Positions 9,495-17,584 of a DNA stretch of 38,793 bases are shown one piece after another. The translations under genes and the position numbers were made by a program. The stretch comes from Anaerolineaceae bacterium (GTDB taxonomy: Bacteria > Chloroflexota > Anaerolineae > Anaerolineales > Anaerolineaceae). The notes under the pieces are model-generated. The model saw only the letters and a list, made by a program, of their open reading frames with translations, did no database searches and had not been told where the DNA came from. Location of the stretch: assembly GCA_034428975.1 (NCBI GenBank), contig DAOUGY010000385.1:1-38793 (forward strand), read 5' to 3'. Numbering within the stretch: position 1 is the first letter of the stretch; each line of letters opens with the position of its first letter.

Positions 9495-10643
9495 CTACGG
9501 CACGGGTGAATTGAGGCGGAACCAAATAAGCATCCAGAACGGGATCAGACCGCCCACCGCCAACGCCGCCAGAAGGCCCAGGCCGATGCTGCCCCAATCG
9601 ATTTCGGGGAGGCTGGCGCGTGCTTTCTGCGTTGGAACCGGCGGATAAAGCGGCGGTTGTGACGGACGCGGGCCGGCTGCCGCGGGATAAGCCGGCGAGG
9701 GCATGGGGCGGCCGTTGGCGGGCGTAGGATAAACCGGCGAGGGTGCGGGGGAGGAAGATTGAATCGGGGGTTGTGTGCCGAGAATTGGCGCCGGATTGTC
9801 AAAGTAATCGGTGGCGCGGCTAAACGAAACCAGCACCCGGCCGAACTGGTCGGCTGTGCGATATCGGGCAGACGGTTCCTTGGAGAGCACTTTAAGCAGA
9901 ATTTGCTCCAAAGCGGGGGGAATCTCCGGATTGAGGCGGCGCGGAGGGGTGGGGGTGGCATCGCGGTGCAGGCGGGCCAGTTCAGAGGAATCGCTGGTGT
10001 TGAAGGGCAGCTGCCCCGTGAGCATTTCGTAGAGGATCACACCCAGGGAATAGACATCCGATGCCAGGGTGGGCGCCAGGCCGGAGGCCTGTTCGGGAGA
10101 GAAATACTGGGGTGAACCCCAGACCACATCATGCTGCTCATCGGGTTGGATGGAGGATAAGGCGCGGGCGATGCCGAAATCGGTGACCTTCAGGCGCTGA
10201 TCGGGGGTGACGAGCATGTTGTGGGGTTTGACATCGCAATGAACGATACCGGCGCGATGCGCGTAGCCAATGCCGGCGCAGGCCTGAACCATGAGCGGAA
10301 TGGCTTCTTGAAGGGGCAGGCGGCCGCGTTGTTTGAGGATGGTTTTGAGATCGGTGCCGGGAACCAGCTCCATGACGATGAAGAGGCGGCCGTTGTCGAA
10401 ACCAAAGTCGTGGACAGTGACAATGTTGGGATGCGTGAGATTGGCGGCGGCGCGAGCTTCCTGGCGAAAACGTTCGCGGAAGCCTTCATTTTGAGAATAA
10501 TCGTGGCGCAGAAGTTTGATGGCGACCGGACGTTCCAGCAGTTGGTCCTGGGCGCGGTATACAACCGCCATTCCGCCTGATCCAAGCGTTTGCTGGATGC
10601 GGTATCGATTACCCAAGATTGGTGCAGAGCCGGGGTTGTCCAT
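9495..10643 (-). CDS. Ser/Thr protein kinase, Pro-rich linker, single C-terminal TM anchor (no PASTA)
   Basis: Hanks kinase motifs are readable: G-loop LGSGGMAVVY, VAIK, catalytic loop IVHCDVKPHN (Cys where RD kinases carry Arg), DFGIAR and SPEQ. A P-rich low-complexity segment follows, then IGLGLLAALAVGGLIPFWMLIWF about 8 residues from the stop. Confidence 0.9.
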   Translation of the reverse strand: MDNPGSAPILGNRYRIQQTLGSGGMAVVYRAQDQLLERPVAIKLLRHDYSQNEGFRERFRQEARAAANLTHPNIVTVHDFGFDNGRLFIVMELVPGTDLKTILKQRGRLPLQEAIPLMVQACAGIGYAHRAGIVHCDVKPHNMLVTPDQRLKVTDFGIARALSSIQPDEQHDVVWGSPQYFSPEQASGLAPTLASDVYSLGVILYEMLTGQLPFNTSDSSELARLHRDATPTPPRRLNPEIPPALEQILLKVLSKEPSARYRTADQFGRVLVSFSRATDYFDNPAPILGTQPPIQSSSPAPSPVYPTPANGRPMPSPAYPAAAGPRPSQPPLYPPVPTQKARASLPEIDWGSIGLGLLAALAVGGLIPFWMLIWFRLNSPVP

Positions 10644-10712
10644 GTCTGCGAAAAATTATAACATACATCAAAATGGGATCGTTTATAATTAGCCATTGGA
10701 GAGGTGACGCCG

Positions 10713-11801
10713 ATGAGTTCATTGTTACGCTACTTGAAAAGCAATCCGATTCAATGGTTGTTGATTGCCTTGCCGCTGGCGCTTGCTGCCGAGCTGGGCC
10801 ATTGGGGCGAGTTGTGGATTTTTGCGCTCTCTGCCGTTGGCGTGATTCCGCTGGCCGGGTTGATTGGTCAGGCGACGGAAGCGCTGGCCTTTTACACCGG
10901 CCCTAAAATCGGCGGCTTGTTGAATGCCACGCTGGGGAACGCGGCAGAACTGATCATCACTCTGGTAGCGATCAAAGCCGGGCTGCTTGACCTGGTGAAA
11001 GCCTCGATCACCGGCTCAATCATTGGCAATTTGCTGCTGGTTTTGGGTTTGTCCATGGTTGTCGGCGGAGCCAAGAATGGAATTCAGAAATTTGACCGGC
11101 ACCAATCCGGCAACCATGCCATTTTGATGACCCTGGCCGTTTTGGCGCTGGTCATCCCTTCTCTGTTTGGCCACACGATTGGCCCGGACAGCGACCCCAA
11201 GGTGGAGGGGTTGAGTTTGAGCGTGTCGGTGGTGATGATCGTGTTGTATGTTTTGGGGCTAATCTACAGCCTTAAATCTGTAAAGACGCCGGTGGTTTTC
11301 CAGGATGTTGAAGCGCAAAGCATTCACCACAAGCCTCACCTGAGCCGGGCACAGGCGATTTTGATTCTGGCGCTCTCCACTGCCGGTGTGGTGTGGTTGA
11401 GCGAGCTGCTGGTTGGCGCGTTGGAGTTTGTGGTGGCCAACCTGGGTCTGTCAGAATTCTTCCTGGGCATCATCCTGATTCCGATCATTGGTAATGCGGC
11501 GGAGCATTTGGTGGCTGTAACCATGGCGCACCGCAATCACATGGATTTGAGTGTTGAAATCGCAGTGTCCTCATCTATTCAGATTGCGCTGTTTGTCACC
11601 CCGCTGCTGGTGTTTATCAGCCTGCTGATGGGGCATCCCCTGGTGCTGCATTTCCATCCCTTTGAGCTGGCTGCGTTGGGGGCGGCTGTGCTTGTGACGG
11701 TATTGACATCGGTGGATGGAGAATCTTCCTGGCTGGAAGGCGCAGCACTGCTGGGCGTTTATCTCATCCTGGGTATCGCATTCTTTTGGCTGCCGGCCTG
11801 A
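10713..11801 (+). CDS. Ca2+/H+ (CAX/ChaA family) antiporter
   Basis: Polytopic membrane protein carrying the two CAX alpha-repeat signatures GNAAELI (first half) and GNAAEH (second half). ATG 10713 lies 8 nt after ggagagg; the track GTG at 10704 sits inside the SD. Confidence 0.85.
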   Translation: MSSLLRYLKSNPIQWLLIALPLALAAELGHWGELWIFALSAVGVIPLAGLIGQATEALAFYTGPKIGGLLNATLGNAAELIITLVAIKAGLLDLVKASITGSIIGNLLLVLGLSMVVGGAKNGIQKFDRHQSGNHAILMTLAVLALVIPSLFGHTIGPDSDPKVEGLSLSVSVVMIVLYVLGLIYSLKSVKTPVVFQDVEAQSIHHKPHLSRAQAILILALSTAGVVWLSELLVGALEFVVANLGLSEFFLGIILIPIIGNAAEHLVAVTMAHRNHMDLSVEIAVSSSIQIALFVTPLLVFISLLMGHPLVLHFHPFELAALGAAVLVTVLTSVDGESSWLEGAALLGVYLILGIAFFWLPA

Positions 11802-11802
11802 T

Positions 11803-12267
11803 ATGATCCAATTTTTGCGAGACCGCATTAACCTGAAAGTGCTGATCGGCGGTGGTGTATTTGCCCTGCTGCTGACGGCATACGCTGTCGGACTGCTGCT
11901 GCTGTTGCCTGCACCAGAGACAGGCGACAACCCATTGGCCAACCTGACGGTTCTGCCGGCGCCCACCGCAACTGTGTTTGAGCCGACCGGCACCACCGCT
12001 CCGACGGCGACAGCCGCGGCATTTGAGGGTATCGCGGTGGGGATGTATGTGCAGATCACCGGCACGGACGGAGCAGGTCTGCAAATACGCGAAGCGCCTG
12101 GCGTGGGCAACACACCACGGTTTTTGGGGATGGATGCGGAAGTGTTTTTGGTGGTGGACGGGCCAACGGAACAGGACGGTTACACCTGGTGGCTCCTGAA
12201 GGCCCCGTACGACGATTCGCGCACCGGTTGGGCGGCCTCCCGTTACTTACAGGCGATCCAACCCTAA
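11803..12267 (+). CDS. Membrane-anchored SH3b-domain protein
   Basis: N-terminal TM (VLIGGGVFALLLTAYAVGLLLLL), a Thr/Pro/Ala linker, and a C-terminal SH3b-like block (GMYVQITGTDGAGLQIREAPG...VVDGPTEQDGYTWWLL...GWAASRYL). ATG 11803 is 1 nt after the antiporter stop. The track start at 11716 would overlap the antiporter. Confidence 0.6.
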   Translation: MIQFLRDRINLKVLIGGGVFALLLTAYAVGLLLLLPAPETGDNPLANLTVLPAPTATVFEPTGTTAPTATAAAFEGIAVGMYVQITGTDGAGLQIREAPGVGNTPRFLGMDAEVFLVVDGPTEQDGYTWWLLKAPYDDSRTGWAASRYLQAIQP

Positions 12268-12281
12268 TTCCTGGAGGTTCT

Positions 12282-12623
12282 ATGGGAAATGAATTTCCTG
12301 CGGCGATCACCGCAAACAAACAGACCTGTACTTTACTAATCGACTGGAAAGACGGACATCATTCCGAATACCCATTTGCGCTGGTGCGGGCGGCCTGTCC
12401 TTGCGCGTCGTGCCGCGGCGGGCATGAAAATATGAGCTCGGAGCCCGATGCGGCTGTATTTGACCAGCCGCTGGTGGAATCCGAAGCCACACGTATCCGC
12501 CGGATTGAAGCCGCCGGAACCTATGCCATCACGATCGAATGGGAAGACGGGCATCACTTTGGGATTTATACCTGGCATTTCCTGCGGGAATTATGCCCCT
12601 GCCCGGTCTGCCGCGGTCAGTGA
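12282..12623 (+). CDS. DUF971 (gamma-butyrobetaine-hydroxylase N-terminal-like) zinc-binding protein
   Basis: Two repeats of the pattern I.W.DGH.S.Y....LR..CPCA.C (LIDWKDGHHSEYPFALVRAACPCASC and IEWEDGHHFGIYTWHFLRELCPCPVC). ATG 12282 follows ggagg (12274-12278). Confidence 0.75.
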   Translation: MGNEFPAAITANKQTCTLLIDWKDGHHSEYPFALVRAACPCASCRGGHENMSSEPDAAVFDQPLVESEATRIRRIEAAGTYAITIEWEDGHHFGIYTWHFLRELCPCPVCRGQ

Positions 12624-12643
12624 TTTGTCATCCACAGAATTGA

Positions 12644-12672
12644 AAACCTCCCCGTTTCTGGCGGGGAGGTTT
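12644..12672. terminator. Bidirectional intrinsic terminator between DUF971 gene and glnA
   Basis: 11-bp stem aaacctccccg (12644-12654) / cggggaggttt (12662-12672) with a 7-nt loop. Confidence 0.65.
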
Positions 12673-12677
12673 GCTTA

Positions 12678-14096
12678 TTAGAGGTCGAAGTACATTTCGA
12701 TTTCGTACGGGTGCGGGCGCGAACGAACGCGATTGTCTTCAGCGCGTTTGATGCGGACCCAATTGTGGATCATGTCCTCGGCGAAGACATTGCCTTCCAG
12801 CAGGAAATGATAATCGGCTTCCAGCGCGCGCAGAGCTTCCTCGAGGGAGGTGGGCAGGCTCTTGATGGTGGCGCGTTTCTCTTCCGACCATGAAAAAATG
12901 TCGTCATCGATCGGCCCGAAACCTTCACGAGTCGGATCGATTTGGTTGCGGATGCCATCCAAACCAGCCATGAGCATGGCCGCCATGGCAAGGTAGGGGT
13001 TGCAGGTGGCATCGGGCGGGCGGAATTCGAAGCGCACTTTGTTGGGCTCGGTGGCGTATTTGGGCACACGCACCGCGGCGCTACGGTTGCCGGAAGAGAA
13101 GAATGCATTGACGGGAGCTTCAAAACCGGGCACCAGTCGGCGATAGGAGTTGGTGCTGGGATTGGTGAATGCCAGAACGGCCGGGGCGTGCTTTAGCAGG
13201 CCGCCAATGTAATACAACGCAGATTGGCTCAACAGGCTCGGACCCATGGGGTCATAGAAGAGGTTGACGCCGTCTTTGAAGAGCTGCTGATGGAAGTGCA
13301 TGCCACTTCCGGCTTCGCCATAGAGCGGTTTGGGCAGGAAGGTGACCGTCTGTCCGTCTTCGTGCGCGACCATCTTGGTGACGTACTTGATTACCAGCGA
13401 GGCGTCTGCAGCGGCCAGCATGTCCATCAGCGGGGTTTCAATTTCACTCTGACCCGGTCCACCGACTTCGTGGTGATGGTATTTGACCGGCACACCCAGA
13501 TCTTCGAGGAGGGTGACCATGCGCGTGCGCAGGTTGTAGAGCTGGTCGCGCGGCGGGATGGCGTGATACCCGCCGTGGAGGGGGATGTAGTGACCATGGC
13601 CGCCGTCGCTGGTGTTCCAATTGGCCTCGATCGAATCTACTTTATAGCAGGCGGCGTTGACGGAGTTTTCGAGGGTGACATTGTTGAACACGTAAAACTC
13701 GAACTCCGGGCCCCACAGGCTGTCGTCGGCGATACCTAGCGCTTTCATGAACTGTTCAGAGCGTCGCAAAACCTCACGCGGGTCGCTGGCGAAGAGCTGC
13801 TTGGTGTCCGCTTCCACCGTGTTGCAAATGAAAGATAGAGTAGGCACTTCCCAGAAGGGATCGACAAAGCCCGTTGTTACATCCGGGATGAGAGCCATAT
13901 CGCCGGATTTGACGCTCTTAAGGCCGACGCTGGAGCCATCAAAACCTACGCCGGAGCGCATCAGTTCGGGAGTGAATTCGCTGGCGGAGATGGTGACGTG
14001 GTGCCACCGACCGGCCAGATCGCTGAATTTGAGGTCGATCATTTTGATCGCATGGTCTTTCACGAACTGTGATGCACCGGCAAAATCCTTGAACAT
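12678..14096 (-). CDS. glnA: Glutamine synthetase, type I
   Basis: 472 aa. It has the N-terminal beta-grasp (MIDLKFSDLAGRWHH, GFDGSS), catalytic blocks HHHEVGGPGQSEI, GSGMHFHQ and NSYRRLVPGFEAP, and SAAVRVP. I do not see the NLYDLP adenylylation motif. Confidence 0.93.
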   Translation of the reverse strand: MFKDFAGASQFVKDHAIKMIDLKFSDLAGRWHHVTISASEFTPELMRSGVGFDGSSVGLKSVKSGDMALIPDVTTGFVDPFWEVPTLSFICNTVEADTKQLFASDPREVLRRSEQFMKALGIADDSLWGPEFEFYVFNNVTLENSVNAACYKVDSIEANWNTSDGGHGHYIPLHGGYHAIPPRDQLYNLRTRMVTLLEDLGVPVKYHHHEVGGPGQSEIETPLMDMLAAADASLVIKYVTKMVAHEDGQTVTFLPKPLYGEAGSGMHFHQQLFKDGVNLFYDPMGPSLLSQSALYYIGGLLKHAPAVLAFTNPSTNSYRRLVPGFEAPVNAFFSSGNRSAAVRVPKYATEPNKVRFEFRPPDATCNPYLAMAAMLMAGLDGIRNQIDPTREGFGPIDDDIFSWSEEKRATIKSLPTSLEEALRALEADYHFLLEGNVFAEDMIHNWVRIKRAEDNRVRSRPHPYEIEMYFDL

Positions 14097-14139
14097 ATCC
14101 TCTCCTTGTCGATCGGTGATTTATCCTGCGCAAAGCAGG

Positions 14140-15351
14140 TTATTTCTTTTTGGTCAGCAAGTACGCGCCCAGGCCGATGACACTGGCCAATGCCGCCAAT
14201 CCCACCCCGGCCTGAACCACGGTTTTGGGTTCCATGCCAGGAAGAACCACCTGGCCGTCGCCATAGGATTTAAACAACTGTCCCCAGGGGGTTTGCAGGG
14301 CTTCTTCCACACGTTTGCGGCCCACGAAAGGGTACCAGTAGACATTGTGATAGAAATTGCTGGCAAAATAGCTCCAGGGGACAATGGGGCTTTGTAGCAG
14401 GGGTTTCTCGAGGGGCTTGAGGGGGCCGTGGTAGATCAGCTTCTGTCCACGGGATGCGAAGGTATCCTCCTGGACGAAACGCCAGGGCTGTTCCTGTTCG
14501 ATGTCGTAACCCACGATCTCGATTTCGCGTGGATCGCCCACCCCCAGGCCCATCTCATGCGACATGCGGATAAAGGGGATCGACATGGGATCGAAGCCCT
14601 GCAATTTCGCGGAAACGGCATCGATGGCTACCTGGTCGGCGGAGGCCAGCAGGATGTTCTTCTCGTGCCAGCGCATGGCGCGCGGACCGGGGCCGTCACC
14701 GGCAAAGGTGCCGTCCATGAGGGCGAAAATGCCGGGATGAATCTCCTGCTGAATCATGAGCAGGTCGACCAGGGTTTCGTGGATGACGGAGTGCGTCCAA
14801 TGGCGATTGCGATGCAACAGGCCGCCAAAGGCGTTCTTCATCGCGCCGGTGATGGTGGTGAATACATGGGTTTTGACAGTCGGCAGATGGACGATGTTTT
14901 TACCCACCAGGGTTTTGGGGATGAATACTCCGTGAGGATAGACTTTGTCCAATACCAGGAACGGCCGTTTGGGATGGTACTCCATCCAGTCGAATTTTTC
15001 TTCGTAGAGGTAGGTGCAGGGGATATTGTATTGATCGGTGACAAACTTGTGCTTGTTGTTGGCTTCGCCGACAGAGGTATCCACAACCACCGTATCGTTG
15101 TGGATGCCGACCAGGTCGTTGTAGCCCAGCTTCTGCAGGGTCTGAATTGCGCCTTCCAACTGCCAGGGCGTGGATGAGCACGCCGGGTACCAGGTCTGCC
15201 AGGAAATGTTGATTTTCAACCCGGTGGTGCTGTCTTTGGGCAGAGCCTGTTCCACGCCGGCCAGGCGCATGACCTTTTCGATATCTTCCAGGACGGTTTC
15301 AGGCGATGTTTTGATAACCGCTACTTTGCCTTTGCCAGGGTAATCACTCAT
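14140..15351 (-). CDS. DUF362-domain protein with C-terminal TM anchor
   Basis: The N-terminal block KVAVIKTSPETVLEDIEKVMRLAG...GLKINISW and the later THVFTTITGAMKNAFGG resemble the DUF362 family, an assignment from memory. The C-terminus VVQAGVGLAALASVIGLGAYLLTKKK is a predicted TM. ATG 15351 is preceded by aaggag; the track start at 15375 lacks an SD. Confidence 0.72.
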   Translation of the reverse strand: MSDYPGKGKVAVIKTSPETVLEDIEKVMRLAGVEQALPKDSTTGLKINISWQTWYPACSSTPWQLEGAIQTLQKLGYNDLVGIHNDTVVVDTSVGEANNKHKFVTDQYNIPCTYLYEEKFDWMEYHPKRPFLVLDKVYPHGVFIPKTLVGKNIVHLPTVKTHVFTTITGAMKNAFGGLLHRNRHWTHSVIHETLVDLLMIQQEIHPGIFALMDGTFAGDGPGPRAMRWHEKNILLASADQVAIDAVSAKLQGFDPMSIPFIRMSHEMGLGVGDPREIEIVGYDIEQEQPWRFVQEDTFASRGQKLIYHGPLKPLEKPLLQSPIVPWSYFASNFYHNVYWYPFVGRKRVEEALQTPWGQLFKSYGDGQVVLPGMEPKTVVQAGVGLAALASVIGLGAYLLTKKK

Positions 15352-15393
15352 GATTTGCTCCTTCTCTGAAAACACGAGGCGCGTTCACACCCC

Positions 15394-15423
15394 ATTTTAG
15401 CCAATTTGAAGATCAAAATCCAA
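15394..15423 (-). promoter_or_regulatory. Putative promoter for the DUF362-glnA transcript
   Basis: Read on the minus strand: TTGGAT (15423-15418), an 18-nt spacer, then TAAAAT (15399-15394), about 40 nt upstream of ATG 15351. Confidence 0.35.
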
Positions 15424-15490
15424 TTATATCCTACCCGTTCTTTCGTGTATTTATTCATCCTTTGCCCTTTTGAAAGGCGGATCAATTTTG

Positions 15491-15519
15491 TTGCATTTCA
15501 GGCAGGGCGCGCATATAAT
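15491..15519 (+). promoter_or_regulatory. Near-consensus sigma-70 promoter for the kinase/PP2C/vWA/FHA operon
   Basis: TTGCAT (15491-15496), a 17-nt spacer, then a perfect TATAAT (15514-15519) in an AT-rich 275-nt intergenic region. This implies a leader of about 125 nt. Confidence 0.5.
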
Positions 15520-15649
15520 TTATTCATTAACCGCACGGTTGATCTAGAAGACTACCCAAACAATTCGATTGAGCGGGGTACAAACGGATGGATGCGGATT
15601 TGAACCACACGCAGGGACAATCCGCCGCACGCTTAAATCGCACAATCCG

Positions 15650-17560
15650 ATGGGGGTTGTGATCCTGCAGGAGGATACCCTGAGCACTCAGCAAATCAAT
15701 CAACCTTCCAATGACAGCCGGCCGGCCATGCAACAGCTTCCGCCGGGCTACGTGCTTGCCAGCCGGTATCAGGTGCAGGATGTGATTGGCGTTGGTGGCA
15801 TGGGGTCGGTTTATCGTGCACGGGATTTGCATTTTCAGAATGCCGTCAAGCTGGTGGCGGTTAAAGAGATGATCAATCAGGCGCCGGACCCGCTGGTGCG
15901 GCGAACGATTGTGCAGAACTTTGAGCGGGAAGCCAATATTCTCGTCACGCTGAGCCATCCCAGCATTCCCAAAATTTTCGATTTTTTTAACGTTGAAGAC
16001 AAATCCTACCTGGTGTTGGAGTTCATCAACGGTAAAGATCTGGAAGCGATTCTTAATTCTTCGCCGGGGTTTATTCCAGAGAATCAAGTGATTGCCTGGG
16101 CGATTGAACTGTGCGACGTACTGGCGTATTTGCATTCGCACAAGCCTGAACCGATTATCTTCCGGGATATGAAACCGTCGAATGTGATGATCAATCAACA
16201 CGGGCATGTGATGTTGATTGATTATGGGATTGCCAAGATCTTTAAGACCGGGCAAAAAGGTACGATGATCGGCACCGAAGGGTATTCGCCGCCGGAGCAA
16301 TATCGCGGCGAGGCTACACCGGTAGCCGATTTGTACTCCCTGGGGGCTACGCTGCACCATTTACTGTCCAAACGCGACCCTCGACTGGAAGCGCCTTTTT
16401 CGTTTTCTGAGCGCCCCATGCGACAAATCAACCCAGCTGTCTCACCGGAATTGGAGCTGGTCATCAACAACCTGCTGCGCTACGATCCGGAGGAACGGTA
16501 TAAGACAGCCGATGCAGTGCGTGAAGCTCTGATGGGCGTGGCCAAGAAGACCGGCGCGCTGATCAGCATTCAAAAGATGGGCGGCATCACGGGCAAGGAG
16601 CAGGGCATCAAACCGTTTTGGACGTTCCAATGTGAAGATGAAGTTCGCGGCAGCGCAACATACGACTCGGGATTCGTCTATGTCGGATCGTACGATAACA
16701 ACTTGTATGCTTTGAACGCCGCGACCGGCGAATTTTCCTGGAAATTTGCGACAGAAGGGGGCATCATTACCCGGCCGGCTGTGGAAGATGCGGTCTTGTA
16801 TTTGGGCTCCGAGGATCACAATTTTTACGCGGTTTCAGCGCGAAGCGGCAAGCAGCTGTGGACATGCACCACTGGCGGACCCATTCGCTGCTCACCGCGA
16901 ATCGCGGAAGGTCACGCCTTCATTGGATCGGACGACGGCTTCTTACGTGCCGTGAATCTTAGCTCGCAGCGCGAAACCTGGCGAGTGGATGCCAATGGGG
17001 CGGTACGGTCGATGCCGATTGTGAACAACGGGCTGATTTATTTTGGCAGCGACAACGGCGATTTCTTCTGCATCGATTTTCGCGGGCAGATTAAGTGGCA
17101 GTATCGTGCCAAACGCGCGATTTTTTCGTCTCCACTGCTCTCAGGTGGTCTGATCTTTTTCACTTCGTTGGACGGCACCTTTTGTGCCCTGGATGCGAAA
17201 TCGGGTTGGGTGATCTGGCGTTTCCGAATGGGCAAGGGGTCGATTTCATCTCCTTGCAAGGCGGATAATCTTGTTTATGCAGGTTCGGCGGACGGTTATA
17301 TCTACTGCGTGGAAGCCACCAGCGCGAAAGAGGTATGGCGTTTCCAAACCAATCATCAGGTGAGTGGATCACCGGTGGTTTATAAAGACGCGTTGTATTG
17401 TGGGAGTGCCGACGGTACGATGTATTGCCTGGACAGCAAGAATGGACGGGTGCGGTGGAAGTTCAGCACGGGGGGCGCGATCACCGCGGCGCCGGTCGTG
17501 GTCAATGATATTTTGTATTTTGGCTCGGTCGATCATATCCTGTACGCGTTGAATGTTTGA
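15650..17560 (+). CDS. Soluble Ser/Thr protein kinase fused to an 8-blade PQQ-like beta-propeller
   Basis: Kinase motifs GVGGMGSVY, VAVKEM, IIFRDMKPSN, DYG (in place of DFG) and SPPE. Eight repeats of the pattern hY.GS.D..hY.h....G...W.F then run from about 16612 to the stop. No hydrophobic segment is visible. The start is uncertain: ATG 15650, ATG 15728 (MQQLPPGY) or the track start 15569. Confidence 0.85.
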   Translation: MGVVILQEDTLSTQQINQPSNDSRPAMQQLPPGYVLASRYQVQDVIGVGGMGSVYRARDLHFQNAVKLVAVKEMINQAPDPLVRRTIVQNFEREANILVTLSHPSIPKIFDFFNVEDKSYLVLEFINGKDLEAILNSSPGFIPENQVIAWAIELCDVLAYLHSHKPEPIIFRDMKPSNVMINQHGHVMLIDYGIAKIFKTGQKGTMIGTEGYSPPEQYRGEATPVADLYSLGATLHHLLSKRDPRLEAPFSFSERPMRQINPAVSPELELVINNLLRYDPEERYKTADAVREALMGVAKKTGALISIQKMGGITGKEQGIKPFWTFQCEDEVRGSATYDSGFVYVGSYDNNLYALNAATGEFSWKFATEGGIITRPAVEDAVLYLGSEDHNFYAVSARSGKQLWTCTTGGPIRCSPRIAEGHAFIGSDDGFLRAVNLSSQRETWRVDANGAVRSMPIVNNGLIYFGSDNGDFFCIDFRGQIKWQYRAKRAIFSSPLLSGGLIFFTSLDGTFCALDAKSGWVIWRFRMGKGSISSPCKADNLVYAGSADGYIYCVEATSAKEVWRFQTNHQVSGSPVVYKDALYCGSADGTMYCLDSKNGRVRWKFSTGGAITAAPVVVNDILYFGSVDHILYALNV

Positions 17561-17584
17561 ATTCTCTGAGCGCTGGAGGCTGAT

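Noticed and set aside
15577-15625. A tRNA-like fragment on the minus strand. The sequence GGTTCAAATCC, with a 5-bp T-stem (tgtgg/ccgca), resembles a tRNA T-arm and could mark a tRNA gene or an integration-site remnant.
   Set aside because: I could not build an acceptor stem (only 5 of 7 pairs and 63 nt total), a D-arm or an anticodon arm. The same bases form a simple 7-bp hairpin (gcggatt/aatccgc) on the plus strand within the operon leader. No integrase or direct-repeat partner is present. A tRNAscan/Infernal run would settle it.
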